NCBI GenBank assembly: GCA_051892075.1
Contig: JBJFFW010000068.1
Coordinates: 1-24,000, forward strand
From: Lachnospirales bacterium
GTDB taxonomy: Bacteria > Bacillota > Clostridia > Lachnospirales > CAG-274
Reading direction: 5' to 3'
DNA length: 24,000 nucleotides
Part shown: positions 7,028 through 15,527 of the stretch, piece after piece
Layout: every line of letters starts with the position of its first letter
How positions within the stretch are numbered: position 1 is the stretch's first letter
Position numbers and translations under genes: made by a program
The notes under the pieces: generated by a model
What the model saw: the letters and a program-made list of their open reading frames with translations, nothing else
Database searches by the model: none
Told to the model about the DNA's origin: nothing

Positions 7028-8164
7028 ATGAAAAAGTGGAAATATAACAATCCTGAGTTTGAAAGTGACAAGCTTAATTATGAATTATTAAAATTTGCAC
7101 CATGGTCAGGACACAGAAATTTTGTATATGATTTTATGGAGTTTCTTAATCCTAAGACTGTTGTAGAGCTTGGAAGTCATTATGGCTGTTCAGCCTTTAC
7201 CTTTGCACAGGCTGTAAAAGACTTTAATTTGGATACAACTATGTTTTTTGTAGATACTTGGCAGGGTGATGATTTTACAAAAAAATATGATAATGATGTT
7301 TATACTGTTTTTTCAAAAACCCTAAAGGAATTTTATGGCAATCAGAATATAAATATGCTTAGAATGACCTTTGATGATGCTGTAGAAAAATTTGATGATA
7401 AATCTGTTGATTTAATTCATATAGATGGCTCTCACTACTATGATGATGTAAAAAGGGATTTTGAAAACTGGCTTCCAAAGGTTAAAGATGATGGTATTAT
7501 TATGCTTCATGATGTAAGTTGTGATATAGTTCTTGGTGATGTTATGGGTTCATATAAATATTGGCTTGAACTAAAAGAAATTTATGATTATACCTTTGAT
7601 TTTGACTTTAGCTGGGGACTTGGAATTATATTCCTTAATAAGGAAAAATATGAAGAATTTATAAATTCCGGTTTAATTAAGGAAAAATATCAGAGAATAA
7701 ATAATGCCTTAGATGTAGAATTTAAAGACCAGCTTAGAAAAGATTATTTTGCTTTAAGAGATAAGAAAATGTATATTGATGATTTGCTTAAACAAAAAGA
7801 TACTTTAAATTATCATATTGAGGCATATAAGAAAAATAATGAAGAAATAAAAGAAAAATATGAAAAAGAAATTGAGGAAATTAAGCTTCAATATGAAAAA
7901 CAAATTAGTGAAATAACTTCTGCTTATGAAAAAAACAGTAGTGAAGTTGCAAAGGCTTATGATAACGATAAAAAAGAAACTGTAAATGCCTATGAAAAAC
8001 AGATAAAGGAAATTGTAGAAAGTTATAATGAAACTATTAAGGGGAAAGATTGCTATATTGAAGAACTTGAAAATATAAAAGAAGAAAGGGACTTTTTCAA
8101 GGAGGCTTATCATAACACAATTAATTATAAGCTTAAAGAAATGAAGAAAAAAATAATAAAGTAG
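7028..8164 (+). CDS. Class I SAM-dependent methyltransferase (Methyltransf_24-like) fused to a C-terminal helical repeat/coiled-coil region
   Basis: N-terminal ~200 aa: 'VVELGSHYGCSAFTFA' (SAM motif I variant), 'DLIHIDGSHYYDDVKRDFENW', 'GIIMLHD'. The C-terminal ~170 aa are charged, lack Pro and Gly, and carry 11-residue repeats. Confidence 0.75.
   Translation: MKKWKYNNPEFESDKLNYELLKFAPWSGHRNFVYDFMEFLNPKTVVELGSHYGCSAFTFAQAVKDFNLDTTMFFVDTWQGDDFTKKYDNDVYTVFSKTLKEFYGNQNINMLRMTFDDAVEKFDDKSVDLIHIDGSHYYDDVKRDFENWLPKVKDDGIIMLHDVSCDIVLGDVMGSYKYWLELKEIYDYTFDFDFSWGLGIIFLNKEKYEEFINSGLIKEKYQRINNALDVEFKDQLRKDYFALRDKKMYIDDLLKQKDTLNYHIEAYKKNNEEIKEKYEKEIEEIKLQYEKQISEITSAYEKNSSEVAKAYDNDKKETVNAYEKQIKEIVESYNETIKGKDCYIEELENIKEERDFFKEAYHNTINYKLKEMKKKIIK
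7859..8059 (+). repeat. Six tandem 33-bp (11-codon) repeats inside the methyltransferase tail
   Basis: Tyr codons fall at 7859, 7892, 7925, 7958, 7991, 8024 and 8057. The units are YEKEIEEIKLQ / YEKQISEITSA / YEKNSSEVAKA / YDNDKKETVNA / YEKQIKEIVES / YNETIKGKDC. Confidence 0.85.
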
Positions 8165-8172
8165 GTGGAAAT

Positions 8173-11100
8173 ATGGATAAGTTATCTGTAATTATTCCTG
8201 TTTATAATACAGAAAAGTATTTACCCCGATGTATTGAAAGTTTAATAAATCAGACATATAAAAATATAGAGTATATATTTGTAAATGACTGCTCACCGGG
8301 AAATGCAGAGGAAATAATAAAACAATATGCTGAAAAAGATAATAGAATTAAATATGTTACTTATGATAAAAATAGGGGATTATTCAGAGCAAGAGTTACC
8401 GGTGCAAAGTCAGCTACCGGTGATTATATAGCGTTTATGGATAGTGATGACTATGCAACTTATGACTATTACAATTCATTAATAAATTGTGCCAAGGAAA
8501 AGGGTGCTGAAATAGTTGTAGGAAAAACAATTTTTAAAAGAATTGATAATTCTGAATGTGTGAGAAATCTTCATGATGAATGTTTTGTATTTGATATTAT
8601 TAAAGATGAGGAAGTAAGAAAAGCATATTTTGAACAAAAAGGTCTTTGTTTTTCTTGGCATACTGTATGGAATAAAATTTATAAAAAATCTCTTTGGGAT
8701 AAGTGTGAGCCATATTTTGAAAAAATTAAAACTCACCTTATAATGACAGAGGATATTGCCTTTTCATCTTTACTTTTTTATAATGCTAAATCTGTTGCAA
8801 AAGTTGATAATGACGGATATTTTTATTGCGAAAATGAAAATGCTTCTACAAATGCAGCAAAAACAACAATTAAGAGATTTACAAAAAATATGGCAGATAT
8901 TAAAACTGTGTTTGATTTTGTAAATGAATATTTTAATGAAGTAGGGGCAGAAAAATATATTTGCGACTCTTTTATGGAAACAAAAAAGTATTATGCCAGA
9001 ATGTGGAGAGAACTTGCCGATAATACTTTTAAGGGTGATGAATTATATGAGGCAGGCAAAATTATGGAGGATTTTTTGCCTGATTATAAAAAACATACAA
9101 CAGTTGATGACCACTTCTTTGAATCTGTTATAACAGATTGGAATAGTGGCTTAGAAAGTATAAAAGAGGAAATAGCAAAAAGTGAGTGCAAATATGTAAG
9201 TTTTGACATTTTTGATACACTTATTATGAGATATGTATATAAGCCTGAGGATATTTTTCTTCTTATGAATAAAAAGTTTGAAGAAATTTATAGGGCAAAC
9301 ATAAGCTTTGATAAAATCAGAATAGGTGCTGAAAGAGAATGTAGAAGAAGATTCGGTGAGAGTAATCCTGAATATCAAGATGTAAATATAGATGAGATTT
9401 ATGACTGTCTTGCTGATTATTATGATATTCCTGTTGAAGTTGCTAAGTCAATGGAGGAAGAAGAAAAAAGCCTTGAAATTTCATTTTCTCATAGAAGAAA
9501 TGCAGCTATGGAGCTTTTTAATGTGGCTAAGGCAACTGGAAAAGAAGTTATTTTTATATCTGATATGTATTTGGATAAAGATACAATTAATAAAATGCTT
9601 GAAAAGGCTGGCTACACAGGCTTTAAAAAGCTTTATCTTTCATCAGAACTTAGGCTTACAAAGGCAAGAGGAGATATTTTTAAGGCTGTAGTTAAGGATT
9701 TGTCAGTAAGCCCTAAGGATATTATCCATATTGGTGATACTTGGGTAAATGATATTGTAAGACCAAAATCCCTTGGTATTAAAACTATATTTTTCCCAAA
9801 GGCGTCAGAAGTTTTTGAAAATAAAATTCAAGGTTTGAATTCTAATTTGTGCCACAATATAGCTAATACTGTTTGTGGAACAATGTGTAACAGTGATGAG
9901 TTTAAATCAAGTCTTGGTTATAGGTGTATGATTGCCTTAGCATCAGGCTATTATTTTGATAATCCTTACAGAAGTTTTAATAAGGATTCTGATTTTAATT
10001 GCGACCCTTATTTTATAGGCTATTATGCTCTTGGTATGCACATGGTAGGTCTTTCAAGGTGGATTTGTGAAAATACAAAAGACTATGACAATATTTATTT
10101 TATGGCAAGAGATGGTTATTTGCCTATGCTTGCTTATAATATTTTAAAAAATGAAAATGATTGTCAGGGCAAATATATTTACACTTCAAGAAAACTCCTT
10201 TTGCCTGTTATGATTGAAAATAAGGAGGATTTTTATGACCTTCCTGTAGAATTTAGAAATCATACACCAAATACTATTCTTGATTTACTTACTTTTTGCT
10301 CTGGGAAATATGAAAAAGAAGATTTGCCTTTTAATTTAGATGAAACTTTTAAAGATGAAGAAAGCTATTTTTCTTTTATTAAATATTTTATTAAAAATAT
10401 TTATAATAAAGAAGTTCATAATAAAGCCACTCAAAAGTGCAAAAAATATTATGCACCTCTTGCAGAGGGTAATAATATTTCTTTTGATATGGGCTATAGC
10501 GGAAGAATACAGACTGCTGTTTCAAAAGCCTGTAATAAACCTGTAGATGCCCTTTTTATACACAGAGATTCAAAAAGGTCCAATGATATGGCAAGAAAGG
10601 GTAAATATAATATAAAATGTTTTTATGATTTTTATCCTTATATGTCAGGGCTTATAAGAGAGCATATTCTTTCTGACAGTTCAGGCTCTTGTATTGGTAT
10701 TGATGATAAGGGTGAGCTTATTTTTGATAATTCAGAAAAGATTTATCAGGATTTATTTGTTGTATCAAATATACAAAGAGGTGCTTTGGATTTTGCAAAG
10801 GATTTTAAAAATATATTTGGAGAATATGAAGATTATATAAGTATTAAACCTTATGAAGTATCTATGGTATTTGAAGGATATTTAAGATGTGGAAAAGATA
10901 TTGACAGACAAATATTTAAGGCATCTTATTTTGAAGACCTTGTTTATGGTTCAAAGGATAATATAAATATTTATGAATTTATAAAAAATTATTTACTTAC
11001 TTTGCCTGTAAATGAGGGTGCAAAAAATGCAATAACTAAAAGAGATATGCTTGAAGAAGTAGTAAAAGGTCATAACAGATTAGTAAGAGCTTTTGCATAT

Positions 11101-11232
11101 ATAATTTTTGACCCACAGTTATTTAAACTTTATATTATAGATATTCTTAACAGAAAGCCTAAGGTTTTAAGAACTTTGGTTAAGATTAAGCATATTGTTT
11201 TTGGTAGACCCGGAGGAAAAAATAATGAGTAA
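8173..11232 (+). CDS. Three-part fusion: GT2 glycosyltransferase, HAD-superfamily hydrolase-like domain, and a ~450-aa uncharacterised C-terminal domain (1019 aa)
   Basis: GT2 part: 'LSVIIPVYNTEKYLPRCIESLINQTY', 'VNDCSPGN', 'FMDSDD' (DxD). HAD-like part: motif I variant 'VSFDIFDTLI' (Asp codon at 9205), 'FISDMYL', 'HIGDTWVNDI'. The C-terminal part contains 'YFMARDGYLP' and 'DMGYSGRIQ', and is paralogous to the protein encoded at 14259..15434. Confidence 0.75.
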   Translation: MDKLSVIIPVYNTEKYLPRCIESLINQTYKNIEYIFVNDCSPGNAEEIIKQYAEKDNRIKYVTYDKNRGLFRARVTGAKSATGDYIAFMDSDDYATYDYYNSLINCAKEKGAEIVVGKTIFKRIDNSECVRNLHDECFVFDIIKDEEVRKAYFEQKGLCFSWHTVWNKIYKKSLWDKCEPYFEKIKTHLIMTEDIAFSSLLFYNAKSVAKVDNDGYFYCENENASTNAAKTTIKRFTKNMADIKTVFDFVNEYFNEVGAEKYICDSFMETKKYYARMWRELADNTFKGDELYEAGKIMEDFLPDYKKHTTVDDHFFESVITDWNSGLESIKEEIAKSECKYVSFDIFDTLIMRYVYKPEDIFLLMNKKFEEIYRANISFDKIRIGAERECRRRFGESNPEYQDVNIDEIYDCLADYYDIPVEVAKSMEEEEKSLEISFSHRRNAAMELFNVAKATGKEVIFISDMYLDKDTINKMLEKAGYTGFKKLYLSSELRLTKARGDIFKAVVKDLSVSPKDIIHIGDTWVNDIVRPKSLGIKTIFFPKASEVFENKIQGLNSNLCHNIANTVCGTMCNSDEFKSSLGYRCMIALASGYYFDNPYRSFNKDSDFNCDPYFIGYYALGMHMVGLSRWICENTKDYDNIYFMARDGYLPMLAYNILKNENDCQGKYIYTSRKLLLPVMIENKEDFYDLPVEFRNHTPNTILDLLTFCSGKYEKEDLPFNLDETFKDEESYFSFIKYFIKNIYNKEVHNKATQKCKKYYAPLAEGNNISFDMGYSGRIQTAVSKACNKPVDALFIHRDSKRSNDMARKGKYNIKCFYDFYPYMSGLIREHILSDSSGSCIGIDDKGELIFDNSEKIYQDLFVVSNIQRGALDFAKDFKNIFGEYEDYISIKPYEVSMVFEGYLRCGKDIDRQIFKASYFEDLVYGSKDNINIYEFIKNYLLTLPVNEGAKNAITKRDMLEEVVKGHNRLVRAFAYIIFDPQLFKLYIIDILNRKPKVLRTLVKIKHIVFGRPGGKNNE

Positions 11233-14200
11233 AAAAAAGGTCAGGGTAGAAAAAAAGGGCAGAGAAAAAAATAAATCTGCAATGTGGTTATTCCTTGGCA
11301 TTTTATGTATAATAATTTCTTCTTGTGTAAATTATTATACACCTGAAAGGGTTGCTGTAATAAAATTTGTGGCAACAGGAGAAAAAAATGCGTTTTCTTT
11401 GGGAAATAATGTAAGAATTTCTAAGTTAACAGATGATAATGACAAAAAAATTGATTTTAATGATTTACAACTTGAAGGAGATTGGAAAATAGATGAACAA
11501 AACAATCTTCTTACCTGCTATAATGTTTCAAAATCTTCAGATGCTTTTATTCAAGTTAGAAATATTAAAAGTTTAAATGTAGATTTTGTATCTGAAATTG
11601 GTTCAGGAGTAGTTGAGGTATACATTAATGATGAACTTTTAGAAAAGATAGACTTATTTTCTAATAACCAATGGTCGAATATTACAAAAAATTATAATAT
11701 TAAATATCCTATGACTTATGCCTATAATGTATTTTGTATTTTGTTTTTTGCAGGGGGTATTTTTTTCATTATATTTTTTATTAAGAAAAATTATAGTGTT
11801 ATTAAGATTAAAATAAAAAATTTTAGATTTAGTCCTTTGCAATTTAAAAAGGCTTTGTATACAGGGGTATTTGCTGCATTTTCTTATATTATAGTGTTTA
11901 CTGCCTTTCAGGATTTTGTTTATAGCAATTTTTATGATGATAATGTGATTTTGACAATTACTGCTACAGGTGAAAAGGATAGAAATTCCTTATCCGATAA
12001 TGTGAGAATTACCGGTATTAAAGTAAATGGCTCTCAATATGATTTTTCCGAAATAAAATTAAAAGACGGATGGGAATATAGCAGTACTGACCATATGATT
12101 TATATTTATGGCACTTTAAAAGCTGCAAGTTTTGATGTGGAAGTTGAAAATGTCAGAACAATAGATATAAGCTATGTTAAAGAAGTGGGTTCAGGTATTT
12201 TTGATATAAGTGTAGATGGTAAAGTTGTAAATAAAGTTAACTCCTATAAAAATTGTCAATGGGAGGAAGAAGTTGTAAGATACAAGGCAAACCCTTTGAT
12301 TAATCCATATAGTTCTTATAGTGTGTTAATTACTTTGTTTTTATTTTTCTTTGCTTTAGGATATTTTGTTTTTTACAAAGAAGAAAAATGGAATAAAATT
12401 TTTCATTATATAAAGTTTTTGGTTATAAATATTTTATTTTCTGTTATTATATATTTCTTTATTTCATTTATTCAAAGAGAAAGCTTTGTTGAAACAATCC
12501 AATGGGCTTTTAATAATGGGCAGAATTTCTTTGAGGGATTATGTATAGTAGCTCTTTTAAATATTTTTCTTGCAATGCTTTTAAAGAAAAATTACAGAAG
12601 TTTTGTTTTGCTCTCTGTAATATTTATATTTTTATTAACCGTAAATTATTTTAAACTTCAATTTAGAGATAATCCTTTATTTCCTTGGGATTTTCTTTTG
12701 GCAAGTGTTGCGGCAACTGTTGTAAGCAGATTTAAACTTGTGCCGTCCCTTCCTTTTGCTATAGGAGTTTTGACATTTATTTTGGTTTTGATTTTATTTT
12801 TATTTGTTTATAAAAAAAGAAAAGAATATATAATAAATAAAACCGCAAGATTTGTTACGGCAATAGTCTCTTTTACTCTACTTTTTATTTATTTTTCAAC
12901 ATATCTGTTTTCAGCAGGAGTAAATTTATTTGAGGCAAAAGAGTATTATACTGAAAAAGGCTTTGTAGCAGCTTTTGCAGAAAGTTCTCAGTATTTAAGA
13001 CCTATAGATAAGCCTGAAAATTATAATGAAGATACAATGAATGATATTTATGATAAAATCAGTTTAATACCTGAAAAATCAGATAGCAAAAAGGCAAATG
13101 TTATTGTAATAATGAGTGAGTCTTTTTGGGATATTACAAGAGTTAAGGAACTTGGCTTTGATGCTGAAATTTTCCCAACTTACAGAAATCTTCAAAAAAC
13201 ATCGGTTACGGGAGAACTTCTTACAAATGTATATAATGGAGGAACTGTTAACTCTGAATTTGAGGCTTTAACAGGATTTTCAGTTGCCTATCTTCCAACT
13301 GAATATATGCCGTATCAAAGATGTATGAGACCTAATTTCTTCTCAATTAACAGCTATTTAAAAAGTGAAGGCTATGAAACTCTTGCTATACATCCTTTTG
13401 AAAAAACAAATTATAACAGAAATACGGCTTATGAATATTTGAAGTTTGATAAAACCCTTTGGGAAGAAGATTTTGATGAAGATGCAGATAGAATGAGAGG
13501 TTATATTTCAGACCATGCTCTTACTGAAAAAATAATATCAGAATATGAAAAACATAACTCAAGTTCTGATGCTCCTTGGTTTAATTTATCTGTTTCCATG
13601 CAAAACCATGGTGGATATTGGGAAAGCTCTATAGACAGTGACAAAAATTACAATATTAACACAAGTAATTTTAATAAAAATTCTCAAGGCTCAATAAGGG
13701 ATTTGGCAATAGGGCTTCATTATGCTGATTTGGCTTTAGGTGAGTTAATTGATTATTTTAAAAATGTTGATGAGCCAACAGTTATTATAATGTTTGGCGA
13801 CCATATGTCAAATGCAGGTCCTATTGGAGAAACATTACTTGACCAGTCAGAGCTTTTAAAAGGAAAGGTGGACCTTTCTGTAAGTGGCAAAAATGTTTTA
13901 ACTCAAAGTGAGCAAAGTGTGTTAGAACAAAGACGAGTGCCTTTTATGGCTTGGAGTAATTATGGAAATACTAAGAAGGATAGTGGCTTAATAAGCGTTA
14001 CTCAGCTTTTACCTACTGTATTTTCAGAATATAATGTAACTATGCCAAAATATTTTGAATATTTGAAAAATTCCAAGAATATTTATCCTGCTTGTGCTTC
14101 GGGAATTTTTGTGGATAAAGATGGTAATGTAGGCTTTGTTGATAATATGACAGAAGAAGAAAAAAAGCAATATGATGAATATTGGCTTATTGAATATGAT

Positions 14201-14245
14201 TATATATTCGGCAAAAATTATCTGAAAGATTTATTTGACTATTAG
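11225..14245 (+). CDS. LtaS-family (sulfatase-fold) phosphoglycerol/alditol-phosphate transferase with an extended N-terminal region containing a duplicated ectodomain, 1006 aa
   Basis: ATG 11225 (GGAGGA at 11211-11216) overlaps the previous stop within ATGAGTAA. The C-terminal domain shows 'VIVIMSESFWD', 'NGGTVNSEFEALTG' (candidate catalytic Thr), 'HPFEK' and 'MFGDHMS', which are LtaS/MdoB-type sulfatase-fold hallmarks. A polytopic membrane region precedes it. Confidence 0.8.
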   Translation: MSKKKVRVEKKGREKNKSAMWLFLGILCIIISSCVNYYTPERVAVIKFVATGEKNAFSLGNNVRISKLTDDNDKKIDFNDLQLEGDWKIDEQNNLLTCYNVSKSSDAFIQVRNIKSLNVDFVSEIGSGVVEVYINDELLEKIDLFSNNQWSNITKNYNIKYPMTYAYNVFCILFFAGGIFFIIFFIKKNYSVIKIKIKNFRFSPLQFKKALYTGVFAAFSYIIVFTAFQDFVYSNFYDDNVILTITATGEKDRNSLSDNVRITGIKVNGSQYDFSEIKLKDGWEYSSTDHMIYIYGTLKAASFDVEVENVRTIDISYVKEVGSGIFDISVDGKVVNKVNSYKNCQWEEEVVRYKANPLINPYSSYSVLITLFLFFFALGYFVFYKEEKWNKIFHYIKFLVINILFSVIIYFFISFIQRESFVETIQWAFNNGQNFFEGLCIVALLNIFLAMLLKKNYRSFVLLSVIFIFLLTVNYFKLQFRDNPLFPWDFLLASVAATVVSRFKLVPSLPFAIGVLTFILVLILFLFVYKKRKEYIINKTARFVTAIVSFTLLFIYFSTYLFSAGVNLFEAKEYYTEKGFVAAFAESSQYLRPIDKPENYNEDTMNDIYDKISLIPEKSDSKKANVIVIMSESFWDITRVKELGFDAEIFPTYRNLQKTSVTGELLTNVYNGGTVNSEFEALTGFSVAYLPTEYMPYQRCMRPNFFSINSYLKSEGYETLAIHPFEKTNYNRNTAYEYLKFDKTLWEEDFDEDADRMRGYISDHALTEKIISEYEKHNSSSDAPWFNLSVSMQNHGGYWESSIDSDKNYNINTSNFNKNSQGSIRDLAIGLHYADLALGELIDYFKNVDEPTVIIMFGDHMSNAGPIGETLLDQSELLKGKVDLSVSGKNVLTQSEQSVLEQRRVPFMAWSNYGNTKKDSGLISVTQLLPTVFSEYNVTMPKYFEYLKNSKNIYPACASGIFVDKDGNVGFVDNMTEEEKKQYDEYWLIEYDYIFGKNYLKDLFDY
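11351..12290 (+). repeat. Internal duplication: two ~115-aa homologous domains (approx. 11351-11700 and 11945-12290) within the LtaS-family gene
   Basis: The copies align as 'VIKFVATGEKNAFSLGNNVRISKL...VDFVSEIGSGVVEVYINDELLEKIDLFSNNQW' against 'ILTITATGEKDRNSLSDNVRITGI...ISYVKEVGSGIFDISVDGKVVNKVNSYKNCQW'. Each copy is followed by a hydrophobic span. Confidence 0.8.
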
Positions 14246-14258
14246 TGAGGTGTTGACG

Positions 14259-15434
14259 GTGTTATTCAGACTTTTTAATAATAAATATGTTTTTAGAATT
14301 GACAGCTTTTTTAAAAATGTTAAAGAATATGGTCTTAATAACACTGTCAAAAGGCACTTTAGAAGTAAAAATAAGAGTTATGAATCCATAAAAAACGGAT
14401 TTAAAGACCAAAAATCTATTAAAATGTCAGAACTTATAGAAAATAAGTGTGGTTCTGATTTTAAAATTGAAACATATTTTAATATTGGCTATTGTGTTTT
14501 TGGCCCTGTTATTTACGAATTTATGGAGTGGCTTTATAATGAAACCCTAAATTATAATGAACTTTGGTTTTTGTCAAGAGAGGGTTGGCTGTTGAAAAAA
14601 GCCTTTGATATATATTGCAAAAATAAAAATATTAGCTTTATAAAAACAAAGTATTTTCTTTCTTCAAGGAGAGCCTCATCAGTTGCATCTATTGAAAATA
14701 TAAATGATATAAAAGAAATTTTATCTCAGTATTATAAAGGCAGCATAAATAATCTTTTGTTTTCAAGACTTGGAATTAATATTGATTATGATTTTTATGT
14801 TGAAATGCCAAAAGATGTTGAAAAGGTTATGAAATATGTAAACATAAAAGATGTTATTTCTAAAGCACAAAAAGAAAAAAATAACTATATTTCCTATTGT
14901 AAGGGTTTTGACTATAATAATGCTGCTGTAGTTGATGTGGGATATAGTGGAACTATACAGTTTTATTTATCTAAACTTTTAAATAAAAAAATTGATGGTT
15001 TTTATCTTTCAACCCATTTTAATAATAAACCCCAAAAAATAGGCTGTAAATGTGAAAGCCTTTTCCCTGTTTATAATACACTTCACGAAAGAGTAAATTT
15101 TATATTTAAAAATCAGTTGTATTTTGAGGCTGTTTTAAAAGCTCCCTTTGGTCAGCTTATTTCCTTTGACAACAGCATTAAACCAATATACACAGATGAT
15201 TTTTTAATAGAAAAAGAAATTGAGGAAATACAAAATGGAATTTGTCATTTTATTGATGATATGGGGGCAAATTTTAAAAAATCAAGAAAAAACACTTTTG
15301 CTGTTGAATTATTTGATTTTGCATTTAATTATGGTGTAATTAAAAAAGAGTTGCTAAATAAATTGACTGTAGAAGATAAATATTGTTCTGATGGAAACCA
15401 TAAAATATCAGAGCTTGTTTCTAATAATAATTAG
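14259..15434 (+). CDS. Uncharacterised protein, a stand-alone paralogue of the C-terminal domain of the GT2-HAD fusion
   Basis: ORF 14235..15434. GTG 14259 is preferred because 'gaggtg' (14247-14252) sits 6 nt upstream; TTG 14235 is an alternative. Shared blocks are 'WFLSREGWLLKKAFDIY' against 'YFMARDGYLPMLAYNIL', and 'VDVGYSGTIQFYLSKLLNKKIDGFYL' against 'FDMGYSGRIQTAVSKACNKPVDALFI'. Confidence 0.7.
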   Translation: MLFRLFNNKYVFRIDSFFKNVKEYGLNNTVKRHFRSKNKSYESIKNGFKDQKSIKMSELIENKCGSDFKIETYFNIGYCVFGPVIYEFMEWLYNETLNYNELWFLSREGWLLKKAFDIYCKNKNISFIKTKYFLSSRRASSVASIENINDIKEILSQYYKGSINNLLFSRLGINIDYDFYVEMPKDVEKVMKYVNIKDVISKAQKEKNNYISYCKGFDYNNAAVVDVGYSGTIQFYLSKLLNKKIDGFYLSTHFNNKPQKIGCKCESLFPVYNTLHERVNFIFKNQLYFEAVLKAPFGQLISFDNSIKPIYTDDFLIEKEIEEIQNGICHFIDDMGANFKKSRKNTFAVELFDFAFNYGVIKKELLNKLTVEDKYCSDGNHKISELVSNNN

Positions 15435-15437
15435 ATT

Positions 15438-15467
15438 ACTGCTGAGATTAATTTCAGCAGTTTTTTT
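15438..15467 (+). terminator. Rho-independent terminator ending the glycopolymer operon
   Basis: Stem actgctga (15438-15445) / tcagcagt (15454-15461), followed by a T7 run (15461-15467). Confidence 0.8.
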
Positions 15468-15468
15468 A

Positions 15469-15497
15469 TACAAATTTTTTGTACTTTGTGATATAAT
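15469..15497 (+). promoter_or_regulatory. Candidate extended -10 promoter for the LRR-dockerin gene
   Basis: 'tg-a-tataat' (TG at 15489-15490, hexamer at 15492-15497). There is a weak -35 'tacaaa' (15469-15474) at 17-nt spacing. RBS 'ggaggg' precedes ATG 15528. Confidence 0.4.
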
Positions 15498-15527
15498 TAA
15501 TTATATATAAAAAATGGAGGGATAAAT

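Noticed and set aside
7805-11842. Embedded or antisense ORFs in the glycopolymer genes (7805..8113 -, 8479..8736 -, 9151..9378 -, 9392..9691 +, 10340..10546 +, 11654..11842 -)
   Set aside because: All lie fully inside long ORFs with clear domain motifs. None has an RBS or a recognisable motif. The 7805..8113 frame is simply the antisense of the 33-bp repeat array.
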